Position numbers and translations under genes: made by a program. Under the pieces are notes generated by a model. The model ran no database searches, was not told the DNA's origin, and was given only the letters and a program-made list of their open reading frames with translations. Shown in pieces: positions 1 through 11,989 of a stretch of DNA of 64,000 bases (position 1 is the first letter of the stretch; each line of letters opens with the position of its first letter). Origin of the DNA: Camelus dromedarius (lineage: Eukaryota). Location: assembly GCF_036321535.1 (NCBI RefSeq), contig NC_087436.1, forward strand, positions 113,276,001-113,340,000. Direction: 5' to 3'.

Positions 1-149
1 TGTGGGTGAGATTGATACTGTGTTATTTAGCCCTTATGTATAACTGGTCTATTTTGTCTTCTTGGGCTATATTCCTTGAAAACTCTACAATTGGACTGCA
101 TATTTGGTTATAGCAACTTAATGGCATGAATTCTCAAGGCAGGACAAGC

Positions 150-335
150 TTGCTTTTATCTCTATCCTTTACAGCTATGTGACCTTGGATAAGTCCCTTA
201 AATTAACCAAACTTTGGTTTCCTATTTCTTAGAAGTTGGGAGATAGGGTTCCTGTATTATTGGGTTGTTTTGATGGTTAAATAAAGAATGAAAAGCATGT
301 GGTCAGTAGAATATACTAAATAAATGTTAGCTTTG
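150..335 (+). mobile_element. MIR SINE fragment
   Basis: agctatgtgaccttggataagtcccttaa...tttcctatttcttagaagttggg...ataaatgttagct resembles the MIR core and tail. Confidence 0.6.
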
Positions 336-1399
336 TTCTCTTCCTTTCTCTTCTTTACATAAACATGATGCGCTGTCAGTGGCTGTTCCCTGATGGATGG
401 AAATCCCTGTAGGAAAATTAACATGACCTGGGGGGCAAGGGGTAGTGTTTCCTCAGCCAAGAAGGATCTGATACCAAACTGGTTAATCTTTTCTTTTTTT
501 TTTTAAGGGATAATTCAGAGTTGTCACTATCTCTTTTCTGCTTGACCCTTCAGTCAACTTGGGGACCCTTGTGGATGAGAATCGTAACGTTCAGAAGAGA
601 CCCAATTTGGTACAAACAGACTGAACAGCTGGATGGCTTTTTTGCTTCTAGCTACAGTGATCAAAAGGATACTTAAAGCTTGAGATCTACGTGTGTACTA
701 AATTTAAAAAAAATGAAAGAGATACTCAAACAAACTTTAAAGAGATCTGTACCCAGAAAGTGCCTTTCCTAGATATCAGATAGAACAAGAACCCAGAAGT
801 CAGGCTGTGAAAAGTACCTAAATTGCTAGCTTCATTTCAGCTTTAACTTTGCAGGATTTTTTTTTTTTTTCTAAGTGACCTAATTGCAAAGCACATCGTT
901 TTCCCAGCGCGGCCTTCACCGCCATGACATCCAGCACAACCTTGTTATTTCCATATACATGTACTTCTAGGGAGCAAAGACTGTCTACATCCCTCCCCTG
1001 AGAAAGGCCTAAATGGAACAGAATCGAAAGGCCCATCAGATCATTTTATCTTCAACCTTGTTCAGAGCCTGGAACCCTGCCAGGGTGGATGCTTTGTCTT
1101 TCCTCCTCCCTCCCCAACTCCAGCTCCCCCAGGCGGCTCTAATCTCCTCTGCGTACCTCAGTCCTAGGAGACCAGCTCTCAGAATGAAAACTCTCTGTGG
1201 TCCGAGCTCCAGGGGGTGAGATAAATCAGCCCTGTGGCCGTCATCAGACTCCGAGGGCACAGTCTGCGGCTTAATTTCAACATGTTTCAACCAACAGGTG
1301 TTGATGACAGCCCTTAGCCAAGCTCGTAAATGACTCTCAAAGTCACTAACCTGACATTTAATGTCTTTCACCATGAAGCCCCATCTTATCACTTCTTTT

Positions 1400-1765
1400 G
1401 TTCATGGACCTCATCTCCATCCCACTGAACAACTCACTCTGCCAGGTCTTTTTTGTTTCCGTTGCTTCGTTTCCTGGTGATTCCATCTCTGCATGTTACA
1501 CATCCTCCCAGTCCAAAGACCTTATCCTCCTCCTGAAATTCAGCCCTCATGACACAATGACACAAGTGATTTGTCCTCTTAATTCCTATGTCTTTTCATA
1601 GTTCTTCTCCGCAGACACTGTTTTCAGTTTCTATTTTGCATGACACCATTTTTGTCTATATGTTGGGATCCTATTAGCCTTGAAGCTTCTCAAGGTCCCA
1701 AACTGTTTTAATTCATATTCCTATTTTCACACAAGCGTAGTGCCTCATCCACAGTAGGTACTTCT
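1400..1765 (+). mobile_element. L2 LINE 3' fragment (degenerate)
   Basis: Pyrimidine-rich body ending gcgtagtgcctcatccacagtaggtac, like the L2 tail. Confidence 0.4.
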
Positions 1766-1789
1766 GGCTCTGCCATTATCAAGCTAGGC

Positions 1790-2235
1790 ATTAATTAGGA
1801 AAACTCTAGCTGCTTTAGCAAACAAACCTAAGATGTACAATGGATCAAACAAAATAGGAAGTTACTCCTCATTATTCACAGATCAAAGCAAGAATGATTT
1901 ACCGGTAGGCGGCTCTCCTCCATACAGTGATTCAAGGGCCCAGGCTCCTTCAGTTGATGGTTTCATTATCTTCAGTTCATGGCTTCCTGGTCGCGCTGGG
2001 AGTCCTCTCCATTCTAGCCGGCTGAAAAGGGAAACATGCATGGAGGAAACAAGAGGGAAGTATTCACGAACCAGGCCAAGAAATGGCAAGATCTTGTCCA
2101 CTGGCATTTTACTGTCTAGAACTCAGTCACATGACCAAACTCATCGTCTACAAGGTCAACTGGTGAAGTTAGCTGATGCACCCAAAAAGAAAAATAACAA
2201 AAAAAATGGACTAAATGATCCCTGGCTTCCCTTCA
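1790..2235 (-). mobile_element. MaLR LTR (MLT1K/L-like)
   Basis: ctagctgctttagcaaac...ctcctccatacagtgattcaagggcccaggctcc...agaactcagtcacatgacc are typical old MLT1 motifs. Confidence 0.7.
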
Positions 2236-2994
2236 CTGCTAACGAAAGGGACACTTGATTCTGCTTGTCAGACTGTCCCACGTCAGGAAAGAGGAACTAA
2301 TGTATTTTAGGAGGAAAAATATGTATTTATACATACACATATGTGTGTATATGTGTGTGTGTTTTTATGACATTAATTCACTAAATCAGAAAATTTGATT
2401 GGCCATAACATCTCATTCCCCATGCAATTTGATTCATGGAGGTTCTATCAAACTTTGTGGGTCAGATATAACTCTTTAAGTTAGTAAAGTGCCTAAGGCA
2501 TGGGGGAGATCGGAAAAAACATGCCTGTGAACCCCTGTGACACACTAACATTTGGGCATCAGTTTCCTCCTCTGTAAATGTGAAATGATAGGATGGCTCT
2601 GACACCTTAACATCTTACAAACCTAAATGAGAGAATAAAAACACTAATTTGCATAACAATGTCCATGCTACAAAAAGACAACTGCATTCTTGTCTGGGCC
2701 CACTCTTGGGAGGATGGTTTTTTGAATGAAATAAACTTTTGATCCAAAGTAAGAAGCTGGAATTAAAAAAGGCCCAAAGTCTGTGGAGTCTCTTACGTGG
2801 TAAACATTAGATTCAGATTTTATTATTCCTAGAGAAAACAAAAACATAAACTGAAGTAGGTTCATCTATGTCACAGTCCAGTAGCAGAATTAAAAATACT
2901 TATGGTCAAGGTAACTACTTAACTTAGTTGTGTCTAAGCCAGTGAGAAACTAAAGTTCTCCTTATATTTGTAACATTGATAATCATTTACCGAT

Positions 2995-3200
2995 GATTAT
3001 TGCATCTACTTAGTATGCATTATTTCAGTTAATCTTCATAATAACCAATAACCTTAGAAGAAAGGTATTATTTGCCCTACTTACAGATGGCAAAACTGAG
3101 GCTCAGAACCCACACGTTCATTCATTTGTAAAGAATAAATCTAGAATTGAACCTGGTATCTTTGGTTCCAGAGGCAGGATCTTGGCCCCTACAGAAACTT
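2995..3200 (-). mobile_element. MIR SINE
   Basis: ttacagatggcaaaactgaggctcaga core. Confidence 0.7.
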
Positions 3201-3422
3201 TTGCCTTGTGCGTAGTTGAGGGCACCATTCAAGTTCTACCCAGCCTTCAAAACTTACCTGCTCTGGGAATCTGGTGGGCAGCCAGCCCTTCAAGCACTAA
3301 TCACTGTCTGTGCCACTCATTTGGAATTTATTATATAATACTATGAATTGCACTGATGGCGTATTTTCACAGAAGGTGGTCTCCAGATATTAAGTTGATT
3401 GGCACAAATCTTGCCCCAGTTT

Positions 3423-3850
3423 TGTATTAGTGTTAGCTAATTGCTATAGCAAACAATCCCCAAATCTGAGAGGCATAAAACAATAAAATCTGATTCCTGG
3501 CTCATGTGACAGTCCAATGCAGGTCAGTGGTGGGTCAGGGAGGCAGGGTAAATTTGGGGGTTCTCTGCTCCACACAGTCATTCAGGCATCAGTGTCCTCC
3601 CTTCATGGATGTCTTTGCCTTCTCCACAAGCTCCAGAGTCCTCCACCGAATCCCGCCAAGTGATGAAGGAAAAGCAAGCGCGTAGAGATGGCTGGTGCAC
3701 TTCTAACCTCTTCTGGCTGGAAGGGGTTAAATGCAGCATCCACTACATCCAACTGGTGAGAATGTCACGTGAGCCCACCTAGACGCGAGCGGGCAGAGAG
3801 GAGTCTTCCAGTCAGGAAGAGAAGAAGGTGGACCTTGAACAAACACTTCA
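3423..3850 (-). mobile_element. MaLR LTR (MLT1K/L-like)
   Basis: tgtattagtgttagctaattgctatagcaaacaatccccaaatc...ctccacacagtcattcagg; similar to the 1790-2235 copy. Confidence 0.7.
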
Positions 3851-4899
3851 TATTGCTGAAAGTCAGTTTCCTCATCTGAAATGGAAGTGACAGAGCAGTT
3901 GCAAAAAAAAAAAAAAAAAAATTAGCACACGGGAGGTGCTCAATGAAAGTTTGTTGAGTTTGAATCTCAGCTGAGCATAAACAGTAGGAAATCTTCATTC
4001 TTTTCAGAGTCACATAGAAAGGACAAATCAGGGCTTTTCAGGAGGCCCTAAGTAGGATTGGAAGGAAAAAAAAATAGGGGAAGAAGAAAGAGAGAAAATG
4101 TGACCAAAAAGAGAGAAGATATAGCTAACTAAGGTGTTGGTGGCACTGACTATTTTCAGTGTGTCTCTCCCAAAACCTAATCTTAGGTGAGGTAATCTTG
4201 GAAAGGACGAGGACCTGTTACTCAGAATTCCCACCGTGAGTCACAAACAAGGTGGAGGCAGCAATCATGTTGGTGCTCGTGTCTTCGACAGGTAATTAAA
4301 CAAGAGACCAAGTTGGGAACATGCTTCAGACCTATAGGAAGACAGTCATACTATTAAAAATTTTCTTTACGAGAACAATAACACACAGATCGCCATTAAT
4401 CCTCGCCTTCATCAGAAACTGTTCTGACCTAGTTTCCCACATGACTCATTCTCTTTGAAGGCAGACCCAAGTAGGTTTACTGAAGAAATTCAGGACCTGC
4501 TCCCCGTCACTCTCCACCTTTCATCTTTCACCGCATCTTCTCTTCTCAGCATAACGATCCCTTGTTTTGATTCCCTGCGATGGTTCGGTCCTCACTGTAG
4601 ATTTGCATACACTGTTCCCTGTGCCTCAGAGGCCACAACACAACAGCTATAAGCCACCACACAGCTATCCCCATTCTGATGAAAGTTGGGGAGTCCATGC
4701 AGTAACCATCTCCTCTTGTTCCAGCGAGCCTGGTGGTGGTGACTGCTCCCCTCTCACTCCCCTGGGGGGTCTGCACTTGTCACTTCTCTGCTCTCCGCCA
4801 CACCTTTGTGAGACCCTCCTTCCGTCACCCTGAGTCTAGCCTGCCATCTGTGCCTCCTGGGGTGCTGCCTGGTACGCCTTGGAAGGAGCTTTGGCTTCA

Positions 4900-5070
4900 C
4901 AGGCAGGAGTACCTATGGGACCTCGGGCAGGTCACCTGACTTCCCTGAGCCTCTGTTTTTCTCATCTGTAAAACGGAGATAATACTCAATCCACTAATGT
5001 TAAAACACCCAGGTTATTGTCAGGACAAGTCAGTGTAATATGTCTGAAATTAGTTGGCATGCTAAAAATA
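4900..5070 (+). mobile_element. MIR SINE
   Basis: gacctcgggcaggtcacctgacttccctgagcctctgtttttctcatctgtaaaacggagataata. Confidence 0.8.
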
Positions 5071-5559
5071 TTGCACAAGCCTGTCATTTACACCTCAGCT
5101 TTATTTCCCTTCCTTCTCCCCGTTCTGCTTGGCCAGCAGGTTGGCAGGCCCAAAATAGACTGCTACTGCCTGAAGCAGGGGTCATTGCAGAGGGTACTAG
5201 CACTCGGCTTGCTTCTCTTGTTAGGGCTTTGTGACTGAGGCAGGGGAAGTATTATAGTCAGTCTTTCCCTCTGTAATTTTTGAACCAAGTCTAGATGAAG
5301 TAAGTTCACGTTAAACAACCCAGAATAGTATTTCTCAGACAGGGATAGCATATAGATAGCATTTCCAATAATATTTTAAAACAGAGTGATTTCCCTGTGT
5401 TGTTCAATTATTTTAATTATGATATTACTTAAATGTGTACAAACAAATTTCATACATACCCTTATGCTTATAGTTCTTGTACAGCTGTTAATCAGAAACA
5501 AATTTGCAAATTAAATACAGAAGATGTTATTAAGATGATAAACTGAGCATATGCTACAA

Positions 5560-7190
5560 TGCCCTTTTTTTTTTTTTACTACAAATATATAGAATAAAAT
5601 TATCCATAACAGAGCTGTGAAACAACAGCTCTACAGAGCTCCAGAGAGCAGAAATTGTAAAGAATTCCTGAAAGGCTTGAGGCAGATGGGATATGAATAA
5701 TTGATGAAGCTGTGGCCCTAAACACACCCGGGGGGCCTGCTCCTAGTTGGGGGGTGGCTTCAGAAACTGTGTCTAAAAGCTGAGGATTGGATGCTGGAGG
5801 AGGAGGGAGCCCTAGGGAGCTCTTGGTGGTCAAGGTGGCTTCTACAGTATCATGGTAGCAGAGTCCAGATGGCCTCCCCCCACCCTGTCACCACTGCCAT
5901 GCACACCACACTTATGGGAGCAGTAGCAGAAGGGTCTGTCCCTTGGTAGAAGCAGTAAGTGGAGGCATTGGACCTAGAAGCAGAACAGTCCCCTGGGTGG
6001 CTGGTGCTACTTAAGGGACATAAAGCTTCTCCATGACTAGAAGACTGGCTACTGACCATCCCAGCCAGCAGTGCCTCCACCTTCGCTTTACCATCATGGC
6101 AACAGGCAGAATAATCCGCTCTCCAACAGGCAAACAGAAAATCAAAGCTACAAAGATGAGCATAAAACCAAGGTGCATGCAACATTTAAGAAAGTCAATC
6201 TAATAAAAAGAGCCAGCAAACTCAACCAACCCTGGTTCTGAAAACTAAGGGAATCAAATTAATATAGCAAATACAGAGAGACGAGAAAGCGTGTTGCATT
6301 CAAATAGAGACTCAACTAGAGATCTAGGTTATAGAAAGTTGTTGAAATAAAAGGAGAAATTAGCAGATGTACTGGATAGCAAAACACATAGGAGCACATA
6401 GAGAACTTAAAGCTGGAGGATCATTGAGACATTTTCTCGGAAGGCAAAAATGAATACATTAAAGAACAATTATGAATTAGAAGAAATCAGAAGTTCTAAG
6501 AAGGGTTCTGGAAGAAAAGAACACAGAGAACAGATGGAAAGAGTCAAAAAATTATAAAAGAAGCATATGCAATTTGAGGAAGACATGAGTTAGACTGAAA
6601 AGAAGAACTAGATATTGGGCAGGAGGAATATAAGATGATCCACATCCAGGAATATTGTAGAAAAATTTTATACCACCAAAAATAAAGAGCAAAACCAAGA
6701 AACTTAAACACAAAGAGGGGGAAAATCTCCTCTACAAGAGAGTAAGGATCATGTTGGCGTTAAGTCTTCTTCACGACATTAGATGCAAGAAGAAGATATA
6801 ACAATACCATCATTCTACACCTAGCCAAACTGTTCTTCAGCTCAAGCAAGAGGACAAAAACCCACATTTCAGAGACTCGGATGTTTTACTATCTTTAAAC
6901 TCTAACTGAAACAATTACTAGAAGTTCCACTTGGCAAAACAAACCAAAATAAATCTAAGAGGACAATATGGGGTGAAAAAAGAAAAGAGAAAAGAAAAGC
7001 AGTGAAATATGTTACAAAGAACACAAATGTTTTGATTGTTCCAATAGCTGATCATTAAATCTCCGATGTGATAACTGAAAGCAAATCAAGAAAATGTGGC
7101 AATTTAAAATTCGATTAGCTTCTGTCCTATTTGGGAAGAAGCTATAGATACCAATTAACTCCAGATATTGATTAAAGAAAAATACATAAG
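5560..7190 (+). mobile_element. Ancient L1/HAL1-type ORF1 fossil
   Basis: A-rich plus strand; decayed ORF1p C-terminal motifs, e.g. acattagatgcaagaaga (TLDARR) and attctacacctagccaaactg (IL..AKL); many stops. Confidence 0.6.
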
Positions 7191-7198
7191 CATAAATG

Positions 7199-7660
7199 TG
7201 TGAGTTGGGAACCACAAACCCACATGGCACAAAGGACTTGCCTGAACACCGTGCTAAGAGATTTGACCTAATTTTAGCCTGGTTTCTGCCTGCACTAGGC
7301 TTTGTCCTTGCAGGTGACCCCTGGGCTGGGTCTCTGCTCAAGAAAACACGATGCTGCCAAAAGGCAAAATGTAGCTTGTCCCAGGCCACACTGCTAAACC
7401 ATTTTCCATAATTCTCCACTTACTCCCCTCCTGTAATTTTTCATTACCTTGTAGCCCCCTACTCTCTTTATTCCTCCTTTTATGCTTCCCTGTAATCCTC
7501 TCTTGTTACTTCTCTGTTCTCCTTTTAAAACCCCAGTCATCTGTGTCTTAGCTGGAGCTGAGCTCAGTCTATGCTGCAGTCTCTCTCCCTTCCTGCACTC
7601 ACCTTAGCAAAATCTGTCTTGTTGTCTTTAACAAGAGTCTGGCCTTATTTTTCTCTGACA
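7199..7660 (+). mobile_element. ERV solo LTR (ERV1-like)
   Basis: TGTGAG...CTGACA near-inverted termini; TATA-like tttaaaa and U5-like tctgtcttgttgtctttaacaagagtctgg; no clean TSD. Confidence 0.55.
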
Positions 7661-7699
7661 GTGTTAAAAGCTACTAGATAAGAAATAAAATGGTAAAAG

Positions 7700-7945
7700 T
7701 AAAATGCATGGTTTCTCAGTCTGAGGAGACCCCAAAGAAGGTCTCTTTGAGGAGGAAACAAATTTAAGCCAAGAGCTAAAGGACAAAAATGGGGCAGACT
7801 TTCTAAAAGCTGGAGGGAGAGTATTTGCAGGCAGAGGCCAGAGCAAATGCAAAGGCCTTGAGTTGGAAAAGTGCTTAGCAGTTGGAAGCAACAAATAAGA
7901 GACAAATGTAGCAAAAGTGAGGCGAGGTGGGGGAGGGAGTGGGGT
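7700..7945 (-). mobile_element. L2 LINE fragment
   Basis: gcaggcagaggccagagcaaatgcaaaggccttgagttggaaaagtgct is the antisense L2 hallmark. Confidence 0.7.
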
Positions 7946-8047
7946 GGCTCACAGTTCACTGGGCTGCTTGACTGGGGCGTACCCGCATTTTTGCCTAGAT
8001 CTCTGAAATAATTCTGTGATGATGATGATGATGGTGATTTTATTTCA

Positions 8048-8172
8048 CTTTTTTTTTTTTGTTGGGGTTGGTAATTAGATTTATTATTCACTTTTAGAGG
8101 AGGTGCTGGGGATTGAACCCAGGACCTTGTGCATGCTGAGCATGTGCTCTGCCACTTGAGCTACACCCTCCC
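8048..8172 (-). mobile_element. tRNA-Ala-derived SINE (camelid Vic-1-like)
   Basis: Reverse complement gggagggtgtagctcaagtggcagagcacatgctcagcatgcacaaggtcctgggttcaatccccagcacctcc, then an AT-rich spacer and poly(A); closely matches the 29761 copy. Confidence 0.9.
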
Positions 8173-8249
8173 TCCTAATTTATTTTATTATTTTTTTCTG
8201 CAGTACTTCTAAATGACTGATAATTCAGCAGTGTTCTTGTCTCGCTCTC

Positions 8250-8365
8250 TCTCTCCCTGGGCAGGGAGCTTGAGGAAGGCAAGAACTGTGTCTCTTCACT
8301 GATATTTCCTCAGTGCTCACCTAATAGCCAGCTCATAGTGAGTGCCCCATGAATGGAGGGTTGTT
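8250..8365 (+). mobile_element. L2 3' end
   Basis: gagcttgaggaaggcaagaactgtgtctcttcactgatatttcctcagtgctc...catagtgagtgccccatgaat. Confidence 0.6.
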
Positions 8366-8444
8366 AATTTGGGGGCATTTCTTGTCTCTCCCACAAAGTT
8401 TATAACCCTGCCACATTTGAAATTTAAAAGGAGAGAAGAATCAC

Positions 8445-8599
8445 CTTTAGTGGAAAAAAACCTGAAAATGAATATACGTATGTACACACATGACTGGGAT
8501 ATTGTGCTGTAATGACTGGGGCATTGTGCTGTACACCAGAGATTGACACATTGTAATTGACTGTACTTCAATAAATAAAATAAAATAAATAAAAAATAG
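8445..8599 (+). mobile_element. Young, heavily 5'-truncated L1 3' end with TSD
   Basis: 17-bp TSD aaggagagaagaatcac at 8428-8444 and 8600-8616; TT/AAAA endonuclease site; tgtacaccagagattgacacattgtaattgactgtacttcaataaa plus A-rich tail. Confidence 0.9.
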
Positions 8600-9764
8600 A
8601 AGGAGAGAAGAATCACATGTCTTCTTATGTTTCTTCACAGAGTCCTGAGGCAGTTTCGAAAGACAGGCTACAGCTGCAGGCAAGTCCCTGACAAAAGGTC
8701 CAGGCTTTGAGAGTGGGGCACTCGTCAACACGTAACTTGTCTCCGACCCGTCTCACTGCCCCCACCCCCATCACCCTAACACATAGGGAACTTAGATCTG
8801 AGAAGCTGAAAAACAGGACCTGGAGTTTAAAATCCTAAGCCTCTTCCTGGGACATGTGCTCCCTCATTGCTTGTCATCCCACTGGGGCTGTCCTGCAAAA
8901 CCAGCAGATCGACACAGAAAGCCCTGCAGCTGCCAATCAGGACAGAGTCAGGGGTCGCTGTGCAGGGGTGGATGGCGGGCAGCACCCAGCTGGCCCTTCC
9001 ACCTAAGAGAGGATTCTCAGAGGATTCCCTGTTCCCTTTGATCAAACAAAATGCAATGAACTAATGACCAACCCAATAGGTTTATATTTCTTTGGAAGAA
9101 GGAAGCACTAGGAGAAGTGAATTTGCTCTTCTTCTGAGAGCACTCAGATGGTACTGTTGACTGGAATCACCTTGCAGGGGGCTGGGGAAATAGCCCTGCC
9201 CCCCACCATGGAGCTCACGAACTTGTTCTTTAAAAACTGAAGTCTTCCCATGTCTTGCCCTAAAATTTGAGAAATTCTCAAAGTTGTTTGGACTGACATG
9301 ACATTACATTCTATAGAAGAGAATTCTAATTTTGTGGAGAGAAGCGTTTTCCTTGAGGAAATCTAGTGATAAGCAAGGGATCCTTTAGTCCAGTTCTCGC
9401 TACATTAGAGAACAAAGTTGCATAAATCTTGATGTCAGCGAATGCCTCAATCCTATTTCCACACTGAAGGTAATGCAAGACTGTTGGCAGAAAGGCGTCT
9501 TGCTCGGGCGTTTTGAAAATTAAAAAGTTCTTCGGATGACGCTGATACACTCCCATAGTTAAAACTATCACTTTTTAAATAAGAACAGAATGTATCCAAT
9601 TTCTTTTGATTTTGGTGTGTGTGTGTGTGTTTATGTGTTTGAGGAGTGAAGGTGTGGAGGTGGGTTCCAACTTGTATTTCTCACTGTTTTTGGAAGGCAG
9701 TTTTGGGAGGCACTGACTCCTGCAACAAGCTGATTTTACTCATTCTCTTAAGAACTGGTTTAGA

Positions 9765-10015
9765 CACATCCTTCATGAAGCCTTTTCTAGTTCACCCATG
9801 CAAACTTGATCCTTTTTCACTTTTGACCCCACTCTATTAGGAAAAACATTTATTAAGGTGCTTACAACCCTGCATGATAATTCAAGCTTATCTGTCTCCC
9901 CACAGTCCTGCTCCCACTCCCATCCATTAAACGTTCTCCATGGGCTGGAGTAGAATTCTTCTTTTATATAACCCTAGTTGCCTGCAAATGTTTGTTGAAT
10001 AAGTGAGATTGAATA
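9765..10015 (+). mobile_element. L2 3' fragment
   Basis: catccttcatgaagccttttctag...caaatgtttgttgaataagtga. Confidence 0.5.
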
Positions 10016-10479
10016 GATAGAGCAATATTTCCCAGCCTAAGGATGGCTGATCCTCCAGACATTTGCAAAGGCAACAACTAGCATTCACAAGTTATTTTCA
10101 ATGTTAAATAATTTTAGTGAACACTGAACATCTACCATAGAAAGTTTAGCTCTGATCACATGAAATGCCTCTTTGCTTGGTGGTTACTTAATCCATTCTG
10201 CAAATACTGCCATCAGATAGGGTATTGTTGGCTAAAAGAGAATCAATGAAGAAATTATGACTTAGTCAATAGGATTTTCTTTCTTGGTAGACAAAAATAA
10301 TTGAAAATATCATGTCTTTGTAGGGAAAATGAAAACAATAAAAAGAAATGGAAAACCGGACCCTTGGGACATATTCTCTCCCCAAACCTGTAACTGAGTG
10401 AGGCTTAGAGTTAGGTAGCTGCTTAGAGTAGCTGCTTTGTTGACTGTCTCTAAAGTCAGACAGAGGAGACTTCTGGGTT

Positions 10480-11989
10480 ACAGGACAACGGAGGCTTCCC
10501 AAAGGAAAACACATAGAAACAACCAGAAGAGCAAATAAAACTGTGTATGATCATGCCTCTGACATTACTAGGAGACAGAGACACCATGGCCTTTAATTTA
10601 CGTACAAGTAGAGAAGAGGATGAAATTCAACAAGGTAGGTGTGAGAGTAGAAAAGAGGAGGCTTAGGAGAAGTGTGGAGGAGAGCAGAGAATCTAGATAA
10701 AGCACAAATGAAACAACCCTGGAAACAGGAAGTCCAACTTTAAATACTAATATACAAAACACAGGCTGCAGCTTGGAATTTCACAGGACAGGATACAGGG
10801 AAGAGTTTTGAATATGTGAGAGAACGGAAAGGCAGAATTTGAGAAGCATTACTTCTGTGGGAGATACAGATATATAGAGAAGGGGTGATACCCATTGGAG
10901 ACAAATCCATGAAGGAATGAAGGAAATAAGTAGGAAAGATTAAGAAGTTTCTGAGAGAAATAGACTCTCCTTTCCCCATGCCATCATTACCAAAATTATT
11001 GCTAAAAGAAACTGCACAAAAGAGGGAAGAATCAAGGAGCTCTTAAACTAGGAGCTCTGTTTGTGAAAGAAATAGACCAGGAAAATAGACCATAGCCATA
11101 TAAAATTACTGTAAAAATTTTGAAAATGAGAGTCAAAGCTTTTCTGCTGATGGAAATTCTTACCAGAAAATTCAACTAAAAATCAAAAGGAAACTGTAAA
11201 ACAACTGTAGAGAACATTCCAAAGTGAATTAATTTAGCGATATTAAATACTATCATGTATCAGAAATATAAAAACTAAGACCAGAAATAGACTCCCTCAA
11301 GTCCCCGAAAACCCATTTAGACTTGGGAGAGAAATAGAGAAAAAGATAAACTTATATCAGTGATGAAGACTAAATTACAAACTACTCGAGAAGATGACAG
11401 AATCAAACATTTAATAAAAAGTATTGAAGAAAAAACAATTCAAAGAATAAAAATAAATTAAAATGAGGTAAAGAACAAAATAAAAAGAGTCATAGGAAAA
11501 GTGGTTGAAATGCAAGCAATTGGCAAAGGAGATCCAACATATCTATGATTGGCAACCCCAAAGAAGAGAATCAAAACAATGGAACAGAACTAACATTAAA
11601 AACTGTAAGTTGAGGAGAGTTCTGTAAGTAAAAGAAGATCTAAATTCACACATAGACAGAGTCAAAGGCTACTAAGAAAAACTGACCAGAAACAGTCAAC
11701 TCTGAGACATGGACTAGTAAGATGAATAGACTTCAAAGAAAAAGAAGAAATCTTCAGGCCCTCCGGGTAAAAAGATGGAACCACTTAGAGAGGCAAGCAG
11801 ATTAGACTGGTGTTTTGAAAACAACATACAAAGCAAAGCACTGGAGCAGCAGCACTGTCTATAGAGAATAAGCTTCACTCAATGAAGAGATGACAGGGAC
11901 AACTTCGGCAAAAGGACTGATGAAAAATAACATGAAGACGTTACACATTCTAACAATGAAGAAACAATGCAACTGGAAAAATGAGAGGA
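10480..11989 (+). mobile_element. Ancient L1 (L1ME-like) 5'UTR and ORF1 fossil, left part
   Basis: gacttctgg-type start; decayed ORF1 motifs aaggagatccaacata (RRSNI), actctgagacat (TLRH), ttcaaagaaaaagaagaaatc. Confidence 0.7.

Noticed and set aside
1833..2258. 141-aa ATG ORF
   Set aside because: Lies almost entirely within an MLT1 LTR
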